Of a stretch of 64,000 nt of DNA, positions 26,216-34,900 are shown piece by piece (position 1 is the first letter of the stretch; each line of letters opens with the position of its first letter). This DNA comes from an uncultured Marivita sp. (GTDB lineage: Bacteria; Pseudomonadota; Alphaproteobacteria; Rhodobacterales; Rhodobacteraceae). The translations under genes and the position numbers were made by a program. The notes under the pieces were generated by a model. That model had not been told where the DNA came from and did not search any database. It saw only the letters and a program-made list of their open reading frames with translations. The DNA lies in contig NZ_CANKYW010000011.1 of NCBI RefSeq assembly GCF_947488135.1, positions 2,206 to 66,205 of the forward strand, written 5' to 3'.

Positions 26216-26605
26216 CTACCAGTCGCGCGCCAGCATGATGGTCAGCACGCGCATGGTGGTCGCGGGATTGTCCGGGGCCTCAGCCCCGTAGCGGAAGTCG
26301 GAATCGGCTTCGTACAAATCCAGTTTCCAGAACACGGTCTCGCCCCGGATCTCGAACGCCCCGAAATCATGCCATCCTTCGGGATCGTTCTCGGGCTCGA
26401 AGGTCTCGAACATGCCCGTGGCCTTCACCGCCTCGGCCATGAAGCCGTCGCCAGCCTCCAAAATCGAGCGGGTGACATGCATGCGGCCCTGTATGGGCTG
26501 CGCGGGCGGCACCCCGAGGCAAGCGAGCTTGCGAAACGCGTCGTTCTGCGCGGCGATCACACTCGGATCAGAGCGGTCTGTCTGGGGTTGTGCGGTGCTG
26601 GTCAT
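26216..26605 (-). CDS. DUF3768-family protein
   Basis: 129 aa. ENDPEGWHDFGAFEIRGETVFWKLDLYE motif. Confidence 0.65.
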   Translation of the reverse strand: MTSTAQPQTDRSDPSVIAAQNDAFRKLACLGVPPAQPIQGRMHVTRSILEAGDGFMAEAVKATGMFETFEPENDPEGWHDFGAFEIRGETVFWKLDLYEADSDFRYGAEAPDNPATTMRVLTIMLARDW

Positions 26606-26692
26606 GGGGCATTCCTCTGTGAAGTTGAAACACCCATCTCAAAGCCTGCTTTTTCTTTTCCGCCTGGCGGCGGGACCGAAGCAGAAGGTGCC

Positions 26693-26902
26693 CTACCCGA
26701 ACAATCCCTTAGGTCTGTAATTCGGGTTGGGGATGGTTTCGATCCAGCCGCCCTGCTCCTTGATGGTCTCAAGCGCTGCCGAGAGTGGATAGGCACCCTC
26801 GGACGCGCTCCACCAATAGGCACTGCGCTTGAAGGTGATGATCTTGCGGCGGCCGTCAGCGAAGCAGGCCACCCGCAGCGTCTTGGGTTCCTTGCGTGGC
26901 AT
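26693..26902 (-). CDS. Hypothetical small protein
   Basis: 69 aa, immediately downstream of ardC. No motif recognised. Confidence 0.4.
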   Translation of the reverse strand: MPRKEPKTLRVACFADGRRKIITFKRSAYWWSASEGAYPLSAALETIKEQGGWIETIPNPNYRPKGLFG

Positions 26903-26925
26903 AGATGTCTCCGTTCTCGCTGTGG

Positions 26926-27864
26926 TCAGGCAGCCTCGGCGCTGCGCCCTGCCCTGCCTGCCTCCGATCTGGCGATCAGATAGTCGCAGGCGCGCTGTGC
27001 GTCCGCGGCGTGCTTGAAGATCGCACCCTTGTCCGACCGAAGAACGCGCAACCAGTTGTGCAGGTAGGCGGCATTCATCTCGAGCGTATGCGCCGTGAAG
27101 CCGAGCGTCTGACCCAGGAACACCGAGGTCAATTCCGCGACGATCTCCTCTCGCGCATAGGATGTGTTGCCAAACTTCGAGAACCCGAAATCGCGGTTCA
27201 GTCGATGGGGGGCTTTCGTGGCATGGGCCAGCTCATGGGCCCAGACCCCGTAGAAATTGCGCGGGTCCTGGAACCGCGTGAGGGACGGCATGTAGACCTT
27301 GTCCACGGGCGGCAGGTAGTAGGCTTCCGTGCCGGTAAAGACGGTCGTGATGTCGATGGCGTCGAAAAACGCCTGCATGTGCGGGATGGGCTCGGACGGC
27401 GGATGCTCGGGCGCGGGCTCCGGGTCGGGGTGGAAACTGTCGGGCAGGCCCTCGATCTGACAGGCATTGAACACGCGGTAGGATTTCTGGAAGCGGAAGA
27501 TGCGGGCTTCCTCAGAGCTATCATCCCCATCGCTGCGACTGTCCTCATCGGCGGCGTTCGTCCGGCTTTGTCCGTAGTAGACGACGACAGACGACTTCTC
27601 GCCCTTGCGAACCTTTGCGTCCAAGGCATTGGCCTGCGGCAACGTCATCCAGAAGGGCGAGCTGTGGCCCGCCATCACGGTGCGCATCGTCAGCAGGAAG
27701 TTGTTGACCCCTTGGTAGGGCTCACCGCCCACGCGCAAGGGTCGAGAGCTGCCGCCTGCGGTCCAGGGCTTGCGCCAGGGCAGGACGCCGCGCTCAATGA
27801 TACGGATGATTTCGTTTGTGATGACCTCGGATGCATCGAATTTGGGCGTGCGGGATCGGGCCAT
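26926..27864 (-). CDS. ardC: Antirestriction protein ArdC (ssDNA-binding N-domain + zincin metalloprotease)
   Basis: 312 aa from ATG 27864 (AAAGGAGG RBS). WRKPW, PYQGVNNFLL, HELAHAT. Confidence 0.85.
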   Translation of the reverse strand: MARSRTPKFDASEVITNEIIRIIERGVLPWRKPWTAGGSSRPLRVGGEPYQGVNNFLLTMRTVMAGHSSPFWMTLPQANALDAKVRKGEKSSVVVYYGQSRTNAADEDSRSDGDDSSEEARIFRFQKSYRVFNACQIEGLPDSFHPDPEPAPEHPPSEPIPHMQAFFDAIDITTVFTGTEAYYLPPVDKVYMPSLTRFQDPRNFYGVWAHELAHATKAPHRLNRDFGFSKFGNTSYAREEIVAELTSVFLGQTLGFTAHTLEMNAAYLHNWLRVLRSDKGAIFKHAADAQRACDYLIARSEAGRAGRSAEAA

Positions 27865-27904
27865 GAATGGCCTCCTTTCGAGTCTTGGTGAGAGGAAATG
27901 GTCA

Positions 27905-28375
27905 TCAGATTGACTGACGGGACCGCGGATCGTTGGTGATGCTGGCACCGAGCTTTACGACCATGTCGATGTAGGTGGTCAGCGAGACGGACCTGCCAGG
28001 ACCGCAAGGGTCAGGGTCCACAGATCCGTCCTGCGCCACCCGCGGCAGGTTCGCAAAGGCGATGACATCGGTGACGGGTCGGAGATCGATGAAGGGCGTC
28101 CCTCGTGCGACCGCAAGAGCGGCCAACGGAAAGCGCTCGATCGGCGCGAAACTCGAGACGGTGGTCCAGCCGAGATCACGCAGGACGATCTGGCGTTCGA
28201 GCCGTTGTGCCAGCGCCGTCTGACCAGTCCGGCGCAGCTCTCTATGCCGCCACCAAGAGGCTGCGGTTGCGCGGAGCACGCGCAAGACACCTGTTTGCAT
28301 GGGAATGCCCTTCATCAGGAACGGCAGACCGGAACCCGGCCCGGACCCGTCCGAGGGACCCCCAAGGGCCCTCAT
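27905..28375 (-). CDS. Hypothetical protein (start uncertain)
   Basis: 156-aa track ORF. Internal Met candidates at MKGIPMQ. No motif recognised. Confidence 0.4.
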   Translation of the reverse strand: MRALGGPSDGSGPGSGLPFLMKGIPMQTGVLRVLRATAASWWRHRELRRTGQTALAQRLERQIVLRDLGWTTVSSFAPIERFPLAALAVARGTPFIDLRPVTDVIAFANLPRVAQDGSVDPDPCGPGRSVSLTTYIDMVVKLGASITNDPRSRQSI

Positions 28376-28555
28376 CCGTCAGTCACAAAACCCGAAGTCC
28401 ACTTTCCCTTTTCACCAGCCAACTGGTCCCGGGTAACTGGTAACTACCGAGGGTCCGAAACCACCGCAGATCCCAGTGACTGCATGCAGTAAGTGCCGGT
28501 TCCGGTCCAAGATTGGCAAGCCATATCTGCAACCCCTATCCGACTGCCACAGTCT

Positions 28556-28568
28556 TTGTTATATTATC
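28556..28568. promoter_or_regulatory. AT-rich box TTGTTATATTATC
   Basis: Exact 13-mer also present as the reverse complement at 6966-6978. Lies in the divergent intergenic region between the 27905-28375 ORF and the xre-RES operon. Confidence 0.35.
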
Positions 28569-28768
28569 AATAACTTATCCGATTTTCTCGATCGGCAAGG
28601 AACGCTCCTAATGCAACTTCTCAGACCCGAAAATCAGGATTTCCGACGTTCAGAGCAATGCAGCGTTTCGGAAGAGCATGGGAAACGAAGTCACAGCACC
28701 TCCTGACAGCTTGAATTTCAGCAATATTGCCGCTATATACCGTCAGTATCACTGCAGGAGCATAGATC

Positions 28769-29119
28769 ATGCACATCACGAACTTTGCTGAAGCCGGGCA
28801 ATTCGAACCGCGCAAGATCGCCGCAGCGTTGCGCACATCAGCAGAAGAGATCGCATTGACCGTCGGCTTGGGCAAAGACGCGTTGCAGAGGCGAGCCCGC
28901 ATCGGTTCGGACAAGACGCAGCGCCGCCTGCGCGAATTGGTAGAGGTGCTGAACAAGGTCGAACCCCGCTTCGGCTCGGAACTGATGGCCTATGCATGGT
29001 ACCGGTCAGAGCCCCTGCCCGGCTTTGATGGCCGGACAGCCATGCAGCTGGTTCAGGAAGGCAAAGCTCAGCAAGTTCTGGAATACATCGACGCGGTCGA
29101 TGCGGGCGTCTTTGCCTGA
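28769..29119 (+). CDS. Xre/ParS/MbcA-type antitoxin (DUF2384 toxin-binding domain)
   Basis: 116 aa. C-terminal AWYRSEPLPGFDGRTAMQLVQEG. TGATG one-nt overlap with the RES gene. Confidence 0.8.
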   Translation: MHITNFAEAGQFEPRKIAAALRTSAEEIALTVGLGKDALQRRARIGSDKTQRRLRELVEVLNKVEPRFGSELMAYAWYRSEPLPGFDGRTAMQLVQEGKAQQVLEYIDAVDAGVFA

Positions 29120-29631
29120 TGCCGCTGAAAGATGGGCGCTATACAGGACCACTCTATCGTGCACTGAACCCGGTCTATGCGCGTGAACCTCTGTCCGGAC
29201 GAGGCGCTGAACTTTGTGGAGGGCGCTTTAATGCCAAGGGCACCCCTGCCCTCTACACCTCGCTGGATCCCGCGACCGCTCTTAGAGAAGCCAACCAGGT
29301 CGGCAGCCTGCAACCCACGATCCTGGTGTCCTACAAGGCCGACCTTGGGCCTATTTTCGATACCCGCGATCAGGATGGACTTGACCGGTATAACGCGACC
29401 GAGGCGATGCTTGCCGACCCTGCATGGCGCATGAAGATGCTCGATGGCCTACTGGTGCCGACACAGGATTTAGCACGCGCCCTCATAGCGGATCGGTTTG
29501 CGGGGCTTCTAATCCAGAGTTTTGCGAAGGGCGCGTCATCATCGGACTTGAACATCGTTTTGTGGGCCTGGACTGACAATACCGGTTCTTTGGAAGTGGT
29601 GGATGACGAAGAGCGGCTGTCACGCATGTGA
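29119..29631 (+). CDS. RES-domain toxin (NAD+-targeting ParT/MbcT family)
   Basis: 170 aa. LYRA..., GGRFNAKGTPALYTSLDPATALRE, LLIQS. Confidence 0.85.
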   Translation: MPLKDGRYTGPLYRALNPVYAREPLSGRGAELCGGRFNAKGTPALYTSLDPATALREANQVGSLQPTILVSYKADLGPIFDTRDQDGLDRYNATEAMLADPAWRMKMLDGLLVPTQDLARALIADRFAGLLIQSFAKGASSSDLNIVLWAWTDNTGSLEVVDDEERLSRM

Positions 29632-29655
29632 GCTGTGAGAATTGGTCTTTCATTT

Positions 29656-29671
29656 GTCCACCGCGGTGGAC
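29656..29671. other. parS-like centromere palindrome, copy 1
   Basis: GTCCACCGCGGTGGAC is a perfect 16-bp palindrome. It fits the repABC parS pattern GTTNNCNGCNGNNAAC except at the symmetric positions 3 and 14. Confidence 0.6.
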
Positions 29672-29787
29672 TTCGGTTGGCCTAAGGCAACCGGTCTGAC
29701 CACACGGTATCGACCTAGCGGGTTTGGCTCGGTGGCTTTGATGCACTTGGAGAGACGGTGCATCATGGGAATAGTTACCGGGCAGAA

Positions 29788-29803
29788 GTCCACCGCGGTG
29801 GAC
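29788..29803. other. parS-like centromere palindrome, copy 2
   Basis: Identical GTCCACCGCGGTGGAC, ending 1 nt before the repC stop codon (29805-29807). Confidence 0.6.
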
Positions 29804-29804
29804 A

Positions 29805-30860
29805 CTAGGCGGTTTGCATAGAAGTTTTGGACAGACGCGTGATCAAAGCCATTGGATCAAACTGGGCTTGACGTTGGCCCAAGGTGATACTGTGAAAATA
29901 CGCTCCAAAGTCCCTGATGCGTTTTCCAAGCTGCAGCATGATGAAGATCGCGCATGACGCTTTCTGAGCTCCTACAGCTTCCTTGGCTTTCTCGAATGTT
30001 TCTGGGTGAATGCCCATCATGGGTGCAAGTGTTCGAGCATGGTTTTCAATGTCCAACCAGTTTCTAAGCCTCTCTGTGGAGAATGATGTAGCTTGATCGC
30101 AAACTGACGTCAGCAAGTCTGGTTTCAGAGCTTCATTGTCTATGTTGCTATCTAAATCTTTCTTTTCTTCTTCAGACTTAGATTGGTGCCGGACAGTTTG
30201 TCCGTCATTGGCGGGCAATTCCATAGTTTCTGGCGGGTCATCTGGGGTATGCAAACTCTGGCATTCTCTGTCTGTGTCTGCGAGCAGCGCGTGGTATTCA
30301 GGGAGGCTCAGCTTCCTGCGTAGAGCTTTCCGTGCGTGGTTGATGAATGTGTTGTTGGGATCATGCTCTTCCAGATGGGCGAGCTTTGTAAGGATCTGTT
30401 TGCGGACAAATATCCGATCCCGCCGGTTATTTTCCATCTCATGTGCGATGGCGATAAGCTCGCTCGCACGTTGGAGGAGGGGGGTTAGAGACAGTCCATA
30501 ACTGATGCACTCCCCGCCGGACGAGCGAACGCGGTAGCGCTTTCGGTTCGAGCTGTCATTGCGCTTGATGAAACCGAGTTCGACGAAGCGGTTGATGTGT
30601 CTGCGGAGTGTCCGTTCGTCGATTCCGCCGACGCGCTGGCAAATGGAGTCGTTGGACGCGAAAACCGTTTCGCCATGGCCGGGCTTCAAGAAACTGAGCA
30701 TGGCTTGAAGTGTTTGGATATGGCCAGGACGCAGACCGAATACGCAACGTGCATCTCTAAGTGCCCTGAAGATGGTCCAGATGTCGGTTTCATCCGCAGA
30801 AGTTGAGCCGCGTGATGCATCAGCACCAGCGGTTCTGATCGATAGTTTTGTAAATGCCAT
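29805..30860 (-). CDS. repC: Replication initiator RepC
   Basis: 351 aa from ATG 30860. LSFLKPGHGETVFASNDSICQRVGGIDERTLRRHINRFVELGFIKRNDSSNRKRY is typical of RepC. Third gene of repABC. Confidence 0.9.
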   Translation of the reverse strand: MAFTKLSIRTAGADASRGSTSADETDIWTIFRALRDARCVFGLRPGHIQTLQAMLSFLKPGHGETVFASNDSICQRVGGIDERTLRRHINRFVELGFIKRNDSSNRKRYRVRSSGGECISYGLSLTPLLQRASELIAIAHEMENNRRDRIFVRKQILTKLAHLEEHDPNNTFINHARKALRRKLSLPEYHALLADTDRECQSLHTPDDPPETMELPANDGQTVRHQSKSEEEKKDLDSNIDNEALKPDLLTSVCDQATSFSTERLRNWLDIENHARTLAPMMGIHPETFEKAKEAVGAQKASCAIFIMLQLGKRIRDFGAYFHSITLGQRQAQFDPMALITRLSKTSMQTA

Positions 30861-30996
30861 GGTTTGTTCACGACGACCGTTCGGCCTACAGCTTCCCAGT
30901 CTCTTCCCGAGATTTCGCTCAGGAGAAGGCAATAAAAATCCGTCCACCGAATCGGTGACTCTTGACCGGTTTGCTGGAGGTTGCTACATCATGAGT

Positions 30997-31050
30997 GCTA
31001 ATCGAATGATGAGGGCTCTCCAGGGGAAACTTTGGGGGGCTCTTTTCTTC
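30997..31050 (+). ncRNA. Predicted repABC counter-transcribed RNA (ctRNA)
   Basis: Plus-strand promoter TTGACC (30962-30967), 17-nt spacer, TACATC (30985-30990). 15-bp hairpin 31011-31025 / 31030-31044 capped by a GAAA tetraloop and followed by UUCUUC. Six G.U pairs make the stem specific to the plus-strand RNA. About 54 nt, in the repB-repC intergenic region, antisense to the operon. Confidence 0.55.
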
Positions 31051-31097
31051 TGGCCTTCGCTTTTCTCCTCTGCTCGCGTTACTCTGTGTGGCTTGGG

Positions 31098-32081
31098 CTA
31101 GGACCCAGAGCCGCTCTCATTCCGCCACTGTTCGAAGAGCTTCAAAAGCGCTGCCTCCGCGCGCTCTTCGATCCATTGGCCGAATTCTGGGTTGTCTTTC
31201 TTGGCGATCTTGATGGCGATCGTTTTCTGATCGATTGTCAGCGTTCCCACAGAGCTACCGTCCGCATCTTTGACGACGGACGTTAGGCTACCGTTGGCTT
31301 GCTTCTTGTCGCTACGTGCCTTGTTCGAGCAAGCCGAGTAGACTGCCTGAAACTTTTCCGCGCTTGGAGTGTCGTCGGGCAGGGCGGCAATCACCTCTTT
31401 GGCCGTGTTCACCAGATCTATCTTTTTCGAGAAAGCAGCCAGGTCACCCCATTGCCGTCGTCCGATGCCATGTGCCGGCCCTATCAGCTGTACAAGCCCT
31501 TCTGGCAGTTGCTCTATGACGACGCGATGGTTGGACACGCCCTGCCGTGTCAAGCCGAGAGCATCCTGGATGACGTTTGGCTTGTAACCTGATTCCTGCA
31601 TCTCTTTGATAAAAATAGATTTCTCAATAAAAGACGGGTCTAGTCGGAGGTTGTTCTCTTGGCCCTGTGCTATCAGAGAAGCGTCGTCATCCAAGGTCCG
31701 AACGATCGCCTTGACCGTTCCGCCGACCATGCGGATCGCTGCAAGCCTGCGTCGTCCGTAGATGATGCGGTATCTGTCCGGTTGCGCTGACGGACGGACC
31801 ATAATTGGTACTTGTTGCCCATGCTTGCGAATGCTTTCGGCCAACTCATCAATGCTGGAATCCTCCAGCACCAACCGATCGCGCAGGCCATCCATATCAA
31901 TCTGGTCGGGGTCGATGTCACGGATCGAATTCGCGGTAATCTCGCGCAAAGAGTCGCGCAATCCGCCAACAGAACCTGGCAGTTTTGCTGCCTTTGATGG
32001 GGTAGGGGAGGGGGCCGCGCTCTCCTTCTCTTCCTTTGGTGGCTGATTGAAGATGTTTCGGGCCATCAGCGACGCCCCCAT
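31098..32081 (-). CDS. repB: Partition protein RepB (ParB family)
   Basis: 327 aa. ParB N-domain SIDELAESIRKHGQQVPIMVRP..YRIIYGRRRLAA. Confidence 0.9.
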   Translation of the reverse strand: MGASLMARNIFNQPPKEEKESAAPSPTPSKAAKLPGSVGGLRDSLREITANSIRDIDPDQIDMDGLRDRLVLEDSSIDELAESIRKHGQQVPIMVRPSAQPDRYRIIYGRRRLAAIRMVGGTVKAIVRTLDDDASLIAQGQENNLRLDPSFIEKSIFIKEMQESGYKPNVIQDALGLTRQGVSNHRVVIEQLPEGLVQLIGPAHGIGRRQWGDLAAFSKKIDLVNTAKEVIAALPDDTPSAEKFQAVYSACSNKARSDKKQANGSLTSVVKDADGSSVGTLTIDQKTIAIKIAKKDNPEFGQWIEERAEAALLKLFEQWRNESGSGS

Positions 32082-33265
32082 GCCATTTGGATTGTCTGTT
32101 CCAACTCATCGCCAACGCCGTTCACGCTGGTCAAAGCGCGATCAATCGTTTTTCTGATGAATTGGCTAGGATCAACTTCGTAGACGGTTTGCTGGGTCAT
32201 ACCAGCGTCCGAGATTGCCGTAGATTTTAACATTGGTTCAGTCATGACTTGTCCGGCCAAGATCGATCTCAAGTAGCCCGCCATTTGCGTCTGGGGCCCG
32301 TCCGACGGTTCGTATCTCGTGATCAAGAACTTTACGAAGTCCCAGGTAACGCGCCGGCCAATGGCTTCTTCCACGGCCTTGACCGTTTCCGAAGCAAGTT
32401 TCAGGAACTGGCTCATGGAAGCGATGTCGAGCATGCCGGGTACCACGGTTACCAAAAGCCCCGTCGAGGCTGCCAACGCCGTAAGGGTCAAAAAACCAAG
32501 TTGAGGTGGGCAGTCGATTAGGACGATGTCGTAATTCGCCTCTACTTCCTCAAGCGCTAGGGCGAGACGCTCCGCAAATATGGGCTGCACCCGGCGAGCA
32601 AGGGCGTTTGCCGTCTCGGTTTCGTATTCCGAGAGCATTAGACCCGCTGGGACCATATCGAGCTTATGGAAGTAGGTTTTTTGGACGACGGCTGAGAGCG
32701 GAACTTGCTCCTCATATCTCAGGGCATCATAGATTGTGCCGCCTTCGGCGAACTCGAGCTCGGGCCGAAAGCCGAAAAAGGTGGTCAGACTTGCCTGCGG
32801 ATCGAGATCCAAAACCAATACTCGGTAGCCTCGCAAGGCATACCGTTGTGCAAGATGTATCGTTGCTGTCGTTTTTGACGATCCGCCTTTGAAATTGACG
32901 ACAGATATCACCTGGAGACGATCGCCCTCACGTCGACCAGGGCGGTAGTTTTCTGCGTTCTTTCCAGTGCGCCCCAGAATATCGCGCAACTCATCAATCT
33001 CTTGGGCTGTGTAGAACCGGTGTCCGCGGTTGTCTGTATGCACTTCCGGGAAGCTGCCGTCCTTGTGCCGGTTGCGCAGGTTAGATGTGCTCACGCGCAG
33101 GAGGCTGGCGACCTCGGTAGAACTGAATCGACGCAGGGACTTTCGTTCTTCGGGCTCGAAAGCGATCTTCATCTGGCGATCCAAAGACTCAGCCAGATTG
33201 TCGGCAAATGCTCCGATGTCGGAAGAGCCTATGCCTTGCGCGTATCCAACGTTACGATCATCCAT
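32066..33265 (-). CDS. repA: Partition ATPase RepA (ParA family)
   Basis: 399 aa. N-terminal HTH, deviant Walker A NFKGGSSKTT, LDLDPQAS. Confidence 0.9.
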   Translation of the reverse strand: MDDRNVGYAQGIGSSDIGAFADNLAESLDRQMKIAFEPEERKSLRRFSSTEVASLLRVSTSNLRNRHKDGSFPEVHTDNRGHRFYTAQEIDELRDILGRTGKNAENYRPGRREGDRLQVISVVNFKGGSSKTTATIHLAQRYALRGYRVLVLDLDPQASLTTFFGFRPELEFAEGGTIYDALRYEEQVPLSAVVQKTYFHKLDMVPAGLMLSEYETETANALARRVQPIFAERLALALEEVEANYDIVLIDCPPQLGFLTLTALAASTGLLVTVVPGMLDIASMSQFLKLASETVKAVEEAIGRRVTWDFVKFLITRYEPSDGPQTQMAGYLRSILAGQVMTEPMLKSTAISDAGMTQQTVYEVDPSQFIRKTIDRALTSVNGVGDELEQTIQMAWGRR

Positions 33266-33305
33266 ATCCTGCCGCCCACTCTCGGCCTCTGTTGAGGCTC
33301 TTGGT

Positions 33306-33352
33306 CATTCTGACGGTGTACAGCGTATCTGACGCGTTTTGCCGTCAGAATG
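33306..33352. promoter_or_regulatory. 11-bp inverted repeat upstream of repA (possible operator)
   Basis: CATTCTGACGG (33306-33316) and CCGTCAGAATG (33342-33352) are exact reverse complements. Located 41-87 nt upstream of the repA start. Confidence 0.3.
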
Positions 33353-33607
33353 GGAATGCCACGATCCAGTGAGTCCGGCAAGAGGAATCTAGATGTAGTG
33401 TGAAAGTTATCCACAGCACCAATACGTTCAGTCGCATCAGGATAGCCTCAAACGTTTGATTTTATTGCATTAAGTCAACGTGATCGCGCTTCAAGCTACC
33501 AATCCGAATTGTTTGGATGATTTCAGCTAAACCCATGCGACCAATAGCACAATCGACCTTCTGACGGCGTCTGGAGCGATAGATTCAGTTGGATGAGTCC
33601 CTGCTAG

Positions 33608-34516
33608 CTACAGTCGGGAGTGAGCCGATTCTGATGAAATTAGACCAAGTCGCTCCGCTCGTTCCAACAGCATCCTGACGGAGGACGGTTGCCAGCTGGT
33701 GCGGCCTCGAGGGGTGCGCTCACGCATGGATTCCAACTGGTCGCAGATCGCTTGTAGCGTGATATCCGGGTCCGACCCTTTGATGGCCGCCACGATGGCC
33801 GGCAGGCGGTCATCGGTCTCGCGCCGTCCGGCGCGGCCAAGCACTGCATCGGGCAGGAACCCGTCGCGAACATAGGCCTTCACGGCACGGAGCAGTCGGC
33901 TTTGTGTCCAATGGCGATCTGGGGGCAGGGGGCCATTGATGATCCGCAGGACGTCCTCCCAAGCCATATCGGGGCGCAAACGGCGCACATGGGGCACCCA
34001 ATCCTGCGCAGTTTCGTTCAAGCGCTCCATATAGCCGTCCTGTCGCGCCAGCCGCACCTTGCGCAGCGCAGCGGGATCCTTGGCGCGCAGCCCAGGATTG
34101 CCACCAACGCGGCCCTTGGCGCGCGCAGAGACAAGCCCGGCCTTCGTGCGCTCACGTATCAGCGCGCGTTCGAACTCCGCCGCGGCGCCCAGAACCTGCA
34201 ATGTGAATTTTCCTTGAGGGGAGGCGGTGTCGATGGGGTCCTGCAGCGAGCGGAAGAAAGCTCCCTTGGCCTCCAGACGTTCGATCACCTCCAGCAAGTG
34301 TGACAGAGATCGCGCAAGCCGGTCGATCCGCACAACGACCAGCGTATCGCCGCTCTGGACGCGTTCGAGCACGCGTGCCAGCACCGGTCGCGCGCGATTG
34401 CCGCCTGAGGCGTGCTCTTCAAAGATCTCGGCACAGCCCGCCGATTGCAGCGCCTCGGACTGGGGCAGGGGGGTCTGATCCTCTGTGGAAACACGGGCGT
34501 AGCCTATCAGGGGCAT
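33608..34516 (-). CDS. Serine recombinase (resolvase/invertase family) with extended C-terminus
   Basis: 302 aa. MPLIGYARVSTEDQ catalytic-Ser motif. GDTLVVVRIDRLAR. Confidence 0.85.
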   Translation of the reverse strand: MPLIGYARVSTEDQTPLPQSEALQSAGCAEIFEEHASGGNRARPVLARVLERVQSGDTLVVVRIDRLARSLSHLLEVIERLEAKGAFFRSLQDPIDTASPQGKFTLQVLGAAAEFERALIRERTKAGLVSARAKGRVGGNPGLRAKDPAALRKVRLARQDGYMERLNETAQDWVPHVRRLRPDMAWEDVLRIINGPLPPDRHWTQSRLLRAVKAYVRDGFLPDAVLGRAGRRETDDRLPAIVAAIKGSDPDITLQAICDQLESMRERTPRGRTSWQPSSVRMLLERAERLGLISSESAHSRL

Positions 34517-34608
34517 GAAAACGGGCCGTTTGCAATTTTATGTATCACCAATAAACGACCGTTTGGCGACGGCGGGTTAAGGCTCCCCAACATTGACCGA
34601 AACCTCGC

Positions 34609-34627
34609 ATTGGCATATATTGCCAAT
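34609..34627. promoter_or_regulatory. Inverted repeat ATTGGCA-N5-TGCCAAT (possible ParD operator)
   Basis: Located 16 nt upstream of the parD ATG, overlapping the region just 5' of the AAGGAG RBS. Confidence 0.35.
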
Positions 34628-34642
34628 AAGGAGATGTATTCC

Positions 34643-34900
34643 ATGGTGACACGCAACGTTGTTCTGACTGAAACCCAGGACCAGCTGGTTCAGGCTCTGG
34701 TCGCGTCCGGCCGCTATCAGAATGTGAGCGAGGCTCTGCGCGCGGGGCTGAGATTGCTTGAGCAGGAAGAGGCTCAACTAGTCGGCATTCGGAGCGGCCT
34801 TTTGGAAGGTCTTCAGCAGGCAGAACGCCGTGACTTGGCCGAAGGGAGTGGGGCGGATGCGGTTCGCCGGGCCTTTGCGAGGGCACGGACAACGTCATGA
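34643..34900 (+). CDS. parD: Antitoxin ParD (ribbon-helix-helix)
   Basis: 85 aa from ATG 34643. VVLTETQDQLVQALVASGRYQNVSEALRAGLRLLE. Confidence 0.8.
   Translation: MVTRNVVLTETQDQLVQALVASGRYQNVSEALRAGLRLLEQEEAQLVGIRSGLLEGLQQAERRDLAEGSGADAVRRAFARARTTS

Noticed and set aside
33417-33548. Three ACCAAT-containing decamers upstream of repA as iterons.
   Set aside because: Only 6 nt are shared, the spacing is irregular (80 and 42 nt), and repABC replicons do not use iterons there.
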